Source of the DNA: the human T2T-CHM13v2.0 reference genome, Homo sapiens
Direction: 5' to 3' (one strand)
NCBI RefSeq assembly: GCF_009914755.1
Contig: NC_060946.1
DNA: 64,000 nucleotides
Shown piece after piece: positions 11,025 to 26,170 of the stretch. The translations under genes and the position numbers were made by a program. Below the pieces are notes generated by a model that was not told the DNA's origin, did not search any database, and was given only the letters and a program-made list of their open reading frames with translations. How positions within the stretch are numbered: position 1 is the stretch's first letter; the number at the start of each line of letters is the position of its first letter.

Positions 11025-11317
11025 GCCGGGCAAGGTGGCTCACGCCTGTAATCCCAGCACTTTGGGAGGCCGAGGCGGGTGGATCACCTGAGTTCAGGAG
11101 TTTGAGACCAGCCTGGCCAACATGGTGAAACCCCGTGTCTACTAAAAATACAAAAATTAGCTGGGTGTGGTGGCGGGCGCCTGTAATCCTAGCGACTCGG
11201 GAGGCTAAGGCAGGAGAATCATTTGAACCCGGGAAGCAGAGTTGCAGTGAGCCAAGATCGTGCCATTGCCCTCCAGCCGGGTGACAAGAGCAAAACTCTG
11301 TCTCAAAAAAAAAAAAA
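11025..11317 (+). mobile_element. Alu (AluS-like), full length
   Basis: Both arms, A tail, TSD-like aggacttt(t)c. Confidence 0.95.
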
Positions 11318-11505
11318 GGACTTTTCCTACTGTTGCTACCATGCCAATCCTATGGTGCGGGGAGAGGAGGTGCCTGCAATTAGATATGCTAACACCAGGT
11401 GATGGCAGGGTCCCACATCCCTGGTGACAACACAGGCATTCCTGAGGTCTGCCATGGAATTCCAGACCCTCATAACTATCTTCTGAATCAAAATGGAACC
11501 CTATA

Positions 11506-11847
<342 letters not shown>

Positions 11848-14336
11848 TCACCAGGGAGGGCATTGCACTGTGTGCGGCTCAGCTGCAGCCACAGGGAAGG
11901 TAGCTCATGAGATGAACCAGAATGTGCCCAGAGGTGTGGCCTGGGCACTTTCACGCAGGTATGTTGGTTTCAGCAGCCATGTGGCAGGATACCGCCAGCC
12001 TAGAGGGGAGAAATCTCAGCAGAACTCTGAAGGAAGATGGGAGCTGCTCAAATGGCTCCCTCTTTGTTTTGGTCAAGAATCCCCACTCTCCTATCGTTGA
12101 CCCTGAGCTCCCAACATCACCAGCCTGGGGCATAGGCAGCTGGCCTGAGTGTGAGTCCTGATCTCAGCCCTTGCTAAAATGGCCCAGGTCTTCTCTGCCA
12201 CTCGTAGAATGGGAGAAGTGAGGGAGGAAGTATTTGAGGCAGCTCATGACCCAGAGCTAGTGCTCAATTCCGGCTAGCTGTTTTTATCAGGAAAAGTTTT
12301 CACTGGCAAAACTCAATTTGAAAAACTATCAAAACGATCATGTCTTTTACAAATGGGGCATTGAGGGTAGGGGAAAATTCGTGGGGGAAATTTCATCACA
12401 CAAGCAGAGTGGGGGTAAATTTGTCATACAATCAGAAACCCTACTACCTCCTAGCTGCACCGCACAGGCTGGAGGGACCCAGCCCCGTGTACTTTCTACA
12501 TCACCAGTGGGCTCCTCCTGGGCTTGGGACCAGAATGAGGCTCTGAAGGCAGTTGCCCTGACCCGTCAAGGTGGGCAAGGACAAAGGCAGAGGCATCACT
12601 CCTGTGAAATGCTGTGGTGGGGGAGGGGTGAGATGGCCAATGATACTCCCTCAACCCCTGCACTAAGCAGCCTGACCTGGGATAAAGGGGATGGGCGCTC
12701 GGGGCATGAGAAGAACATCTGGATGTGGGTTTGAATCTAGCGCTGACCTTAAGCCAACCACTTCTCAACTGTAAGATCTGAATAATACCTACTACTGTGC
12801 AGAGTTGTCAAAGGAGTCCATTAGAGAGGGAAAATGTGCTTAGTGTGGGGCCTGACACAGTCTGTGTTCAGTAAGCAATGGCTTCCTCTCTGCCCCTCCA
12901 TCCCAGGAGGATGCTTGACACAGAAGCCCAGGACCTCAGCTCACACCTAACTTCCCCTCACCTAGAAACCCCCTTCAACAGTCCTGCTGGAAGCTCTCAG
13001 AGGAGGGAGTACAGAAGCCCTGGCCTTCCTGGGGACCAGTGCAAACAAGAGAAAACTTTCCAAGGGTCAGAGAGAGTCAAGAACCAGGAAGGAGCCAGGC
13101 AAACAGGCTGAGGGTGGTGGGGGAAGAGTAGCAGTGGCTGGTCACAGGTGCCAAGTGAGAGCTTCTGGGACTGCCTAGAAAGGAGGCAGAGGAAGGGGGC
13201 TGAAGGGAACTGCACTAGACGCAAGGAAGAGTTTCCTGCGGCTATGGGACAAGGGTCTCCTTAAGGAAGCCAACTTGGGCAGGCTTTGGCAAAGGGATGT
13301 GCTTTAGCCCAAAGCCACAGGCCCTTCAGGCTCTCCCACAGAGCTAAGCTCAGCAAGAGGCAGCCCCACATCATCACAGCCCCCATCATATTTGGCCTTC
13401 TCCAGGAGAGCCCTGGAACACTTCGCGGGCAGCAAAGAGCTGGGAGTACAGCCAGCCTTTCCCACTCTGGCCTCCTCAGCATAAAGGTGCTGGAGGGGGT
13501 CATCTCTACCCTGCCTGCCTTAGGGAGGATGGTAGGGACCAGTAAGGATAAAGCATGGGAAAGTATTCCCAGAAACCACAGAGGATTACCATTCTCTGAG
13601 GCCAGGCCTTGGGAAAGGAGGTCTCTGATGAAAGCTGAGTGAGGACACACCCTTGCCTGCTGAACTCTGTGAGGGCAGGGCCCTGCGGGAAGACAGCATT
13701 CCAGCCCCAGCCCTGCCTCCCTGCAGGACCAGAATTCTGTCCTAGACATGGCTGGGAGTCTCCGGAAAGGAAGGCACCCTCCCAGCAGGACTATGTATGA
13801 GTCCAGGAGAAGTGTTGGGTCTGAGCCCACTTCCTGAAACAGGTATTATACTTCCTGTGCCACGACTTCCTGACCAGAGGGAGAACTCAAGCCTCCACAG
13901 GCAGGAAGAGCCCCGAGGGCAGGGCCCAGTATGGCCACAGCTGAGATGGCACGAGGGGCACCCAGTGGATGGTTCTGGGCTGGAGAGAAGCAGTGAGTTA
14001 GGGCCTCTGGGCACGGTGGATTGAAGCACTTCCTCTGGAGGCCTCAGCTGGGCAGGGGCAGGTCTTGGGCTCTAACCACAGTGCCAGGAAAGAAAAGGGG
14101 AAGTGTCAGCTGCTACTCTGCTGAGAGGTGCTCCCCGAAGCTCCCCTCTGGAATCCCGATTTTCAAGAACACGGAAGGTCCCTGCCAACCACCAGTCACC
14201 ATAACAGATTGCTGGAGAGCAAGCTACAGCTCACAGTAAGAGCCAGAGGAATGATGAGGCAGGGAAACAGAGCCAGAGTCAGGCAGGAAGCAGGTGAGGA
14301 ATAACTGTCTTAACATTGTTTTTTAAAAAAGAGATA

Positions 14337-14625
14337 GGCTGGGTGCAGTGGCTCATGCCAGTAATTCCAGCACTTTGGGAGGCCAACGCACATGGATTGC
14401 TTGAGCTCAGGAGTTCCAGACCGGCCTGGGCAACGTGGTGAAACCCCATCTCTACAAAAAATACAAAAATTCGCCACGTGTGGTGACGTGCCTGTGGTCC
14501 CAGCTACTTGGGAGGCTGAGGTGGGAGAATCACTTAACTCCAGGAGTTCGAGGCTGCAGTGAGCCAAGATCATACTGCTGCACTACAGCCTGGGTGACAG
14601 AGTGAGACCCTGTCTCAAATAAATA
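14337..14625 (+). mobile_element. Alu (AluJ-like)
   Basis: Both arms; tail runs into a GATA/GACA STR. Confidence 0.93.
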
Positions 14626-14627
14626 GT

Positions 14628-14679
<52 letters not shown>

Positions 14680-14694
14680 TAGATAGACAGATAG
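14628..14694. repeat. Compound (TAGA)n(CAGA)n tetranucleotide microsatellite
   Basis: tagatagatagatagatagacagacagac...agatagatagacagatag. Confidence 0.95.
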
Positions 14695-15868
14695 CTATAG
14701 AGAATAACAAGCAAGAGCCCAGGTCTGGGTGAGCCTCTCCTCTCATAGCACAGGGCTTCACCATCTACGATACAGTCTACGAAGCACTTACCACCACTTC
14801 GTGGGGAGCAACAGGATTATCACTCCCATTTGGCCAGAGAAGCTGAGGCTGAGAGGGTGAAGTGACTTGCCCAGAAGTTCCACAGTTAGCCACAGGTGTG
14901 AAGAGAGGAAAGGAGTGGGGCTGGGCCCAAGTCTATATGCCTGACTGTCAGTCCTGAGCTTTCTGTGAGGCCCGGCAGCCAGCTGTGCCAGCCTGGATCA
15001 GACCAGAGTGTCAGCTGATGAGAGTGGGCAATAGGGTTCATTCTGTGCATTAGGAACTTGTACAGAGAGACCCTAGCTGTAAGGCTCGGAACAGGCCTCC
15101 TCTAGGCCAGGTGGTAACACCATGCTGAGGGCAGCCAAGGATATCAACACACACACACACTTAAGAGTGGTGGGCAAGAATGTTCCCACAGGGCAATAGA
15201 GCTAGTGTCTAAAGACAGCCTCACTTGAAAAGGACTACTGGGTGATTTCATTTTCGTAAGACTATCATTAAAGTGTGAAGTTACTTTCTTCTTTCTTTGG
15301 CCAGGAGTCAAGAGGGAAGTCATCAAGTTAATCTAGAGGGTAAAGAAGGCCTCGTACTGTGGTGGCTAAGAGGGCAGGTGCTAAAGGTACACTGCTTGGG
15401 TTCAAATCTTGACCAGGTCATCTGTAAAGTGGGGATACTACTATTACTAACCTCACACTAGGGTGCTGTAAGGAATTATCCCAGGCAAGTGCCAAGCACA
15501 AAGCAAATGTTCCATACACGCTAGTTACTGGCAGTATTGTAAAGTCCTCCTTGATAGTTGGTAAGCAGCACTTAAGTCCTTCCCCTGGGAAGGCTAGAAG
15601 AAAGCTGTGTTATGGCTGTTGGCTAAGAGTGGCTTTGAGGTTTAGCTCCAGGACAATGTTCTGCATGAATCTGAAGTCATTGTGTTAGGGCCCAACCTTC
15701 CCCCTGCCTTCAAGCCAGCTTCTGTCCTGCACTGGCAGTTGGAGGACACCTAAGGCATCTGGCAGTTATAGAAGCCTCTGCTTTCCTAAGCTGATGAAGT
15801 TCCTCCCTCTTCCTCCTCCTCCCCAAGCTGCCAACTCCCAGCCCAATACCTGAGGCCAGGCCCCTCAC

Positions 15869-15968
15869 CTTTTTGTGCTTCTTGGCCATCCATTTGTCCC
15901 AGTTGTTGAGCATGTCCAGCCACTTGGACTCCCTCTGCCTCAGCACCTCCAGGGGTACTTCCTCCAGC
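15869..15968 (-). CDS. TBC1D10A: TBC1D10A exon 2 (an alternative upstream acceptor would extend it to 15989)
   Basis: (A)[33 protein letters not shown]; cacag| and |gtgagg; 100 nt. Confidence 0.96.
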
Positions 15969-18900
15969 CTGTGGAGCAGAGGGCAGGGCCTGTGAGAGGT
16001 GCCAAGGGAAGCAAAGGCCCTGGCTTCATTCCCAGCCGCCAGCCTGGTCAGACCTCCATTCTTCCTGCCTACCATCCCTGCTGTTCCCTTCAGGACTGCT
16101 ACCTCGGACCATCCTATTGCAGATGAGAGGGAACACGCCACCTCCCCATCCACCGCCTCAAGGCATAAGCTAGAGAGACAGCAGGTGGTTCAAGTGCCTA
16201 CTTCCCTAATGTGGCCAGGACCCATGGTACCTCTCTGAGGCAGAGGCTGAGTGAGTGTCTGCATCTGTGCAGCAAAGCAAAGCATTCCTGTCCTGGGTCT
16301 GCCTTAGTCAATAAGCCTCTTCAGAGGGCCGGTGTACAAGGTGCAGAGTTGAACACAAAAACTAGTCAAACGAGTACAGAAATAATATGCTCACCTCTTT
16401 ACTTGAGCCAAACTCATTACTCAGAGTTTCCCCAATTATGCCCTGGCCCTTTCCCTCTCAGCCTTTATTCATGCCAGTAACTTTGCTGGAATGCTTCCCA
16501 AATCGTCTCCACCCATCAAAATCCTACACACACTTCAAAGCCCCATCAAATACCACTTCTTCTATCTGTAGATCTACTGACTGGGCAGCTAGCACAACTG
16601 TGTTGCAGTGTTCTAGGGCGAGGGCCTCTGGATGGGTTATGGGGATGCCGTCCCATGATTAAAACAAAGTCTTGACCCTCATGGAGTTGATATTCTGGTG
16701 GGCACTGAATGTGGGGAAAACACCTCAGCACCAAGGTGCTTTTTTCTGCTTTCTTAACAGAATAAGGTATTAATGACAGACAAGGAAACAGGCTTAGAGA
16801 GGTAAGATACTCAGGAAAGGTATCTTGCTTAGCGTTCAATCAGTGGAAAAACCCAGACTCAAATACAAGTCAGGTCCCAGCCAAGAGCCAGCACACAGTG
16901 CTGCCTGACCTCTCAGAAAGGAGCACAGAGTCGGAGGCAGCTCAGAGGAGGTTCTCAGGAACAGGACACAGTGGGGCTGGGGCTTGGCCCAGGCCTGAGT
17001 CTCTGATCCTCTCTCTGCCGGAAGGAAATGTGCTACTGTGACTTTTACTGGTTGGAAGAGCAGAGGGAGGGGCCCTGGCAGAGCTGAGGCCTCTAAGACA
17101 CAAAAGGGAAGGTCTTCTTCAGTGCATTTTATCTGGGGAAGTGCCCAGGCCTGAGAGTAGCCTTGGAACTGAACGTCTGAGGAAGGACTACAGCCCAGGC
17201 AAAGGAGGCCCCCTCAACGCACTGATACAAGGCACCCCACCTTGAACTGCTGCCCCTCTCACCACCTAAAGGCAGAACTAGGGCATGAGTTACTCCTTTC
17301 TTTGCCTTTCCTGATAAAAGCAAAGCAAGGACCACGCCTTTACAAAAGGTCAGGTAATTTACAAAGGGATATGTATCTCCGGGCAACCCCCAAACATCCC
17401 AGGAGCAGAAACTAAGGGCCCACACCTCCCAGGCCATGATACCTTCCACCACCTATAATGCACTGCTTATGCAACAAGTCAGAGGAACAGCCTTCTAGTT
17501 AACCAGTCAGAAGGGTGCCCAAACTGAGTCAACAGGAAGTTCTGGCAGTTATGGATGTAGATAATGGCTAATCCAATATCCCCACTGCACAGATGAAGAA
17601 ACTGAGGCTTACAGAGGGCAAGGTTTTCACTTGAGATTACCAGTTTCCAAAGAACTCACAGGTGATTAAATATGTCTATCTGATACCTCAACCCTCAGTC
17701 TGGCTTTATTGATAAAATCTAACTGCAGGGACTCAAAGATGCCCATTCTCCCAACTGCAGATACACAGAGGAACATGTTAAATTCAGAGTTCTTTTAACT
17801 GATGCCAGATAACAGCTTTGGCAGTTTCAAACCCCCAATGTCAAACCTCAAACCGGAACTTCAGAAGAGTACAAAACAAACTACCATATTTCCTGGATTC
17901 TAAGACACCACTGATTTTAAGCTACACCATTGATTTGGCAAGATCTTCTCAGAAACAAACAAAAAACCCACTACTACTTTAACTGTGCATGTCAATTGAA
18001 AGATCTGTTTTGATTTTTTAAATCCTAAATTAGGAAAATTTTAAGGCAATATGGCCATCTGAATGGCTTTTCCTTTAACAGCAGAGGAGTTTAATCTACC
18101 TGGAGATGGTGAGAAGGAAGACACTGGAGGTCTGGCTGTACCCAGCACTCAGCGTACCACATGCTCTCTAACTGCAGGTAGATGTCTCTAGGCACAGGAT
18201 ATACTCCTGAAACATTGCAGGCTATCTATTTTTTTTGTTGTTAAATCAGAAGAGTCACATATCCTTCAATTAACTCAGTCAGGATCTTAGAAAACATCTG
18301 ATCCAACTGCTGTCTGATATAGAAATCCTTTCTACATTAGGCAAGTCCCCTTTCTTCTCTGATCCTCAGTTTCGCTATATGCTTGTACAGTCTATCTTAT
18401 GAATTTGACCCTCTAAGGAGGCCCACAGAGGAGCTGTGGGATGAAGCTGGGGCCAGAGGGGTCCCTGAAAATAGTATGACAGTGTAGAAGCCCTGAGGAG
18501 GCTTCCTCCTGACAGTGGAGAGGGCAGGAACCAATTGCTAGTGAGAGAGAAGCTGGCCCAGTATAAGGGACCACAAATGGCCCATGGGGGATGTCGCAAA
18601 TCTGGCGGCCTCACTCATCCTCCAGAAAACCCCTCCTTCCTTAAGGTAGACTGAGGGAGTCTCTGAAGCCAAAAGAGACAAGTGAGACCAGTTTCTTTTG
18701 GCTCAGCCACTGCTGGAACTCCTCCAGGGATGGGCCTTCCTTACCTCCAGGTGAAGTCACTCTATTGTTAAACAGTTTCCACTGCTAAAGCTTTCTTCCC
18801 CACCTTATGCCAAAATTGTCCTAGTAACTTCCACCGTAATCTCAACACCGCTTTTGAGGCCATACAATTCTCCCATACCAGGCACACACATGTTTATCCC

Positions 18901-19131
18901 TCACCATCCACTCATCCCTAACTGAATGCCCTTTCTTCTCCCTTCTCCAAGTGACAGTAACCCTTCAGAGCCCAATATTACATTAAAAACCATCACTACA
19001 ACAATAATAATATCAGCAACAGTAGTTACCATTCGTAGATTATTTACTACTTACAATTTTCTTCTCAATGCTTCACATACCTTTATCACATGTACCTTTT
19101 GTAATAACCCTACTATAACATCATTCTCCCC

Positions 19132-19433
<302 letters not shown>

Positions 19434-19616
19434 CATTCTCCCCATTTTAAAGTAGAATCCAAGGCTTAGTAATGTTAAGAGTGTTTTAAGACCATGTAGC
19501 TATAAGTGGCAGAGCTGGGACTCAAACCCAGGCCTGACTGACTCTACAGCTCATGCTCTTGACCCTTGTACTACACTTCTCTGCCTCCACAGGCCAAGCC
19601 CTCAGCCTCCACACAG

Positions 19617-19715
19617 CCTGCATGCCTGCATGCCTGCCTGCCTGCATGCCTGCATGCCTGCCTGCCTGCATGCCTGCATGCCTGCCTGCCTGCATGCCTG
19701 CCTGCCTGCCTGCCT
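19617..19715. repeat. (CCTG/CATG)n microsatellite with a 24-bp higher-order unit
   Basis: cctg[catg cctg catg cctg cctg cctg]x3 catg (cctg)~5. Confidence 0.95.
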
Positions 19716-20596
19716 AGATCTCGTAAAATGTCCTCCAACCTGAAGATCTTCATCCTGGCTCAGAACACCATGTCTCATGCTTTTTAAACTGAGACCCACA
19801 CAAACACAACACACATACACACACACAACCAGAATACATTTTAGGAAACGAGTTGCCCTTACATGTACTAATGCACTCTGATATTTCCAGATTGATTTTC
19901 TATTTTTCTATTCTATTGTTTTAAATGCTGGTCACAAGCCCCTAAAACTGATTTCAGCACCAACTGACAAATGAGTCAAGTCATTAAGTGTGAAATATGC
20001 ACTTCATTACCACTTGCTCATATTACTCAGCACTGTCCCTCCCCAGCTGGACCGGGTCTTGAACTTCTTCTGTGACTCCTACCACACGCCCCAGGTGTTC
20101 AACAGCTGCCTGCCTGGCTTTCTCCATGACATCATTACCTTCATCTGCACTGCATCAGGGCTACAAGCTACTTCTGCCTTAGAAATTGTACGTGTCCCTC
20201 TAATAGCCCAGTGAAGTGGGGCCCTCACAGATTAATTACTATTTCCATTTGGACCATGACAGACTTGGCCTGATCAGAAAGGTTGTATGACTTGGACAAA
20301 GTCACAAAGCTAATAAGTAAGTAGCTGACCCAGGGCTTCCCCTCTGTCACAGTGACCTATATGCTATTTCCAGTTCCCTGGGGAAGGCTGTGGGGAAATC
20401 AGGCCCTTCTCCAGATGCTTCTGTGTGGCTCCATCTCTGGCGCCCAAGCCACTGGAGACAGTCTAACCCCCTCCTCCAGTGTTGTGACTGCCCCAGTGAG
20501 TGGCCTGCCCGTACCTAGCAATGCTCAGAGACACCAATACACTGGATGGGATGGTTTGCCAGCACAACCTCAGGTGCAGATGGTAAGCCTGGGTAA

Positions 20597-20885
<289 letters not shown>

Positions 20886-23173
20886 AGGGCAATCTGCCAT
20901 TTGCTGGCAACCCCAGCTTCTGAGGAGGAAAGGCTCAGAGGAGACAAAGGTGGCACCTAATCACAGATCTTGTCAGGCTCCTGGACTGGAACAGGCTTAG
21001 CCATGCTGTGCCACGTCATGGTCCAAGGCAGCAGTGACACTCTGCTGACCCCATTCTCTGTAGGTTCCCAGTTTCCTAGCGTTCTCCCAAAACCCAGAGG
21101 CTTGAGGCTTCCAAAAGTTCAGAAGGACAAGACTGCTTCCCAGGCTACTGAGACCAAGGGCTGGGGTTCTCTCTTCCCTTGTCCTTCTAGACATCTGCTT
21201 TCTGCCCAAGCACATCTCAGCACCTCTGGCTAGGCAGGTTCAGCAAGGGCAGTGTCCATGCTCATCACCTCCTTATCCTAGCCTGTCGTGGGAGATAAAT
21301 CTTGATACCAAGGAACCCGTCTAAACCCTCCTCCAAGCCTCACTCCCTGAACCAGCCCAAACAAAGAGAAATACACCCTAAGCAGAAAGTCTGAGGTCAC
21401 AGACCACAGGACTGATCCTCCTCTCACCCATAGGGGAAACCAGGTGGGGTGTAGGGGAGAATAAATAGAGTGGGGACTTGAAGTTAGCTGAGCTAGGTAC
21501 TCCAGTTCTGCCATCTACTAACTGGGAGACCATGTGCAAAAAGTGACAACTTCTTCATCTTTCAGTGGGGTCATAACGCACACCTCATCTCTTATAGGGC
21601 TGCAATGAGGAATAAATGTGTACAAGGGCCCAGCCTGGTGGGTGGCCAGCAAATGGTAGCTATTAGGTGACTGGTATTTGCGGCTTAACTAGCAATTTCA
21701 CATCTCTTTTCTCATCTGACTGGTCCCCATACACAGGCCTTTGAGGAAGGCAGGGCATGATTACCACCATTTTACTCATGAAGCAATTGAGGCTCTGAGA
21801 GATTACTTAATTTGCTCAATGGTAAACAAATTCTAACTCCTGGCCGCTGATCCAAGCTCTACCGCTTTACAGCTGTGTGAAACAGGGCTGGCTGCTTTGC
21901 TCTCTGAGCTTCCAGTTCCTCATCTGTAACCCAGGAGGAATGCCACCTCCTCAGAGAACATTGGTAAACATGATGTGAGGCAATTAAGAGCTGACACTTT
22001 CATGCGCTGGCCGTGTACTAGCTCTGCCAAGCACTACACAGGCACACAATCCCCCAAGGAAATAGCTTTAATTATCTCCATTTAATAGACAAGAACACTA
22101 AGATTCAGCACAGTGGAGTAATATGCCCAAGGTTACATAGCCTGGAAGTAGAGGCTGCCACCTGAGCACTAAACTATACAAGACATATAAAGTCCCCCGC
22201 TCATACCATGGCTTCAATCCCTGTCACATTCCCTTCCCTCTTCTTATCACCCTCTGTGCCGAGAAAGGCAGGGGTGAATAACGTGAAAAAAACCCCTCAC
22301 ACTTGGGTCTCCAGGATGGAGAGGAGGCAGTTGGAGGAAGTCCCACCAAAGTGTGGAAAATTGGGAAGTGGATGTGCAGGGGGAGCATGGCCAATCACCG
22401 ATCCAGAGGGTTTCCCTCTCCACCCAGAGCCTGAAAGTGAAGTGAGGACAAACAAAAGGCTGACCTGTTTTGCATACTAGGCAACAACCTCTGGAGTTCA
22501 CTACCCTAAGAGGTGGTAATGAATGAAGGTATAAATGGCTTTTAGACCAGTTCCATAAGAAGTGATGATGAGAAACCAAAGGCAGGAGAGGGTAGGCTGG
22601 TGGTGTGCAAATGGCTGTCAGGACTGGGAAACCTATGAGATCATGCAGTGAGGCCATCCCCTCCCCAGAAGGTAAGCGGTCTGCCTGACGCCACACACTC
22701 TGTGAGTTGGTAGGAAAAAGGAAGAGGGTCTGCAGCAGCCTGGCACTCCCTTCTGGGGCCCGGCCACCCCTGCCTAGGAGCCGGCTGGCAGTGTCCAGGC
22801 TCCCTGTCTGAGTGAGAGAGTCTGGCTTGCTTCACTCTCCCTCCTTCCCAATGCAGGCTAATTCTGGGGCTGCCTGTCTTTCCCATGAGGAATTCCCTGG
22901 CTCTGCTCCTTCTAGTGCTGGGTCAGTGCACAATGGTAAACAGGTTCTCTCCACCCTTCACTGGCCTTGGTGCCCTGGACCTCTGCCCAGCTCTCTACTC
23001 TGCTCAGCTCCACCCTACTCAGTGTGAGAAATGGTTCCTTTAGCACTAGCCTTGCTGGCTCCCAAAAAGAAAAACCAAGGTATCTACCTTCCTCTGATGC
23101 ACTCATCTAGGGAAGGGCGTAGACCACAGAGAAACTCCCAAGCAGCTCTCCCTGACAACTGCAGAAAGGTATT

Positions 23174-23455
<282 letters not shown>

Positions 23456-23736
23456 GAGACTATTCTCAACAGAAGACATCTTTTCTCCAAATCCCAGCTC
23501 CTACCAGGCAGAGTGCTGCTTGAAATTCCCTTGCTGGTGACTGAGTCCTTGGATCACAATCTCACTGCAGGCACCCAGGGGCCACCCTGACTCATCCTTA
23601 CCAAACTGCTAGATCTCATTGATAGATCTTACCAAAATTAGTCTTGACTCACTGTTTATATAAGGCCCCTCCTCTGCCCAGACTCGTCCATGGCTCCCTA
23701 CTGCCCTCATTATCCAACAGAAACCTCAGACCCTGT

Positions 23737-23965
23737 AGCTGGGCATTACGGCACACGCCCTGTCATCCCAGCTGCTCGGGAGACTGAAGTGGGAGGATCA
23801 CTTGAGCTCAGGAGTTTGAAGCTGCAGTGAACCATGATTGTGCCACTGCACCCTAGACTGGGCCACTGGGTCACAGGGCAAGACCTTTTCTCAAAACAAA
23901 CAAAACAAACAGAAAACAAAGAACAATAACAACAACAACAACAAAAACAACACAAAAAACAAAGA
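23737..23965 (+). mobile_element. Alu single arm with (AAC/AAAC)n tail
   Basis: Right-arm-like sequence plus A-rich microsatellite. Confidence 0.85.
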
Positions 23966-24688
23966 AACTTCAGGCCCTGGCTCTCAAGGCCCTCCTGTTC
24001 CCCTGCACATCCCTTTCTCCCCTAGTCCCATCTCTATAGGCCCCTACCCCTGAGCCATCTTCCTTCAACCCCCATTCAATTTTGGTGCCATCATCTTGGG
24101 AAGCATCATTCCAAACTCCTTCTCATCTCTACAAAGCCTCTCCTAACTACTCCAGGGACAGAACACAATCAGGCCCTCATTATATTCCATGCACACCTTT
24201 CTAGAGCCTGTGTTCCAGGCCCTGAATCTACAAAGATGAATAAAATGTGGTCCCTGCCCTTGAGGAGGTCAATCTGGCATCAACAAACAGGTAGGTAAAT
24301 AACTAGCACACAGAGAAGAAGTGCCATCACAGGAGCATGTAGAAGGGGCTAGGAGACTGCAAAAAGACCCCAGGGTGAGGACGGGCTGTTTAGAGAAAGC
24401 TTTAAAGGGGAATTGACTTTTGAATTGGGGTTTGAAGGGTGACAGGAAGTAGCTAGGCTGAGAAAGGGGAAAGAACACACCAGGCAAAACACTCAGTATG
24501 TTCAAATGCTAGTTAATAGGAGAGGGAATGGCTTGTTTGGGGAATGTGAGCAGTCCAGTGGGACAGGTGGAGCTTCTCCACCTAAGGGCTGTTCTGCAGA
24601 GGCAGCATTTCATGAGAAGGCGCGTTCCTGGAGGGCAGGGGCTCTCTTGGCCTCATTCTCTGCAGTGTGTCCCAAGCCTGATACCTAG

Positions 24689-25044
<356 letters not shown>

Positions 25045-25609
25045 AACAAATGTGTGTGTTGAGTGATTCATGAGCTTGGTGACCTCAGACACTCTGAATT
25101 TCATTAAGTGTTGTCAGCAGTGAAAAGGGAATATGCTCCTCTACCTTGATATCAGGTGGGTAAAGCATAGTAAGAACTTGATAAAGAGCATTCCCTCTCT
25201 GGCCTGGTACCAGCTCTAGATCTTCCTCAAAGCCCAGCACAGGGCTGAGCACAGATCTGCTTGATGATGGCATTTTATAACATTACAATTCTAATATTCA
25301 ATTAACTTAACTGAATGTCTGTTATAACAACAGACGCTTGCTATGCACCAGACACTGTGTTCAGCACTTAACTTACATTATTTCATTTAATCCTGACAAG
25401 CCCATGAGATAAATCCTCTAATTATCAACTCCCTTTTGTGAATAAGGAAACTCAGGTTCTTCAGAAAGACAATAACTGGCCAAAGTCCAAGTCAAGCAGG
25501 GGATGGCACTGGAAAGTGAATCCGGGCCCTGCTCATCTCTCCCTCTGTCACTCAACTCCACCACCAAGTGCTGTCCAGTAGGCTGGGTATACACAGCCTT
25601 GCTCCTGAG

Positions 25610-25800
25610 GAGCTTGGAGCTCAGTGGACTCAGAGGCACAAGCTGTGTGATGCTTGGCAAGTCACTTTGCCTCTCTGGGACTTGGTTTCTGCTTCTTAAA
25701 ATGGGGACTATGATGATAAATACTCTCACAGAATTAAACGAGGTGATGTAGGTGAAAGCCTCGTCCACCATACAGGCTCCTCTGTGAAATGGCATTACTG
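25610..25800 (+). mobile_element. MIR remnant
   Basis: gtgtgatgcttggcaagtcactttgcctctctggg...aaaatgggg core. Confidence 0.65.
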
Positions 25801-25871
25801 TGACTATCCTGGGAGGATGGAGGGGGTCACTCAGAAGCAGAACAGGAAGCTCAGGATGAAAGTCTACATGG

Positions 25872-26170
25872 TGCCAGGCACAGTAGCTCACGCCTATAAT
25901 CCCAACATTTTGGGAGGCAGAGGCCAGAGGATTGCTTGAGGCCAGGAGTTTGTGACCAGCCTGGGCAAGAGAGTGAGACCCTGTCTCTACAAAATTGTTT
26001 TAAAAATTAGCCAGGCATAGTGCTGCATGTCTGTAGTCGTAGCTACTCAGGAGGCTGAGGTGGAAGATTGCTTGAGCCCAGGAGTTCAAGGCTGCAGTGA
26101 GCCATAATTGTGCCACTGCACTCCAGCCTGGGTGAGAGAGGGAGACCCTGACTCAAAAAAAAAAAAAAAA
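25872..26170 (+). mobile_element. Alu (AluJ-like)
   Basis: Both arms, A tail. Confidence 0.93.

Noticed and set aside
17525-17540. Adjacent AP-1 (TGAGTCA) and ETS (CAGGAAGT) motifs
   Set aside because: Plausible enhancer core, but a single short pair with no further support
17880-18050. Possible ancient DNA-transposon remnant (similar impressions at ~19770-20000 and ~58060-58400)
   Set aside because: Cannot assign family or boundaries by eye; needs RepeatMasker/Dfam
19566-19826. ACLH/ACLP and RQAG repeat ORFs
   Set aside because: Translations of the CCTG/CATG microsatellite
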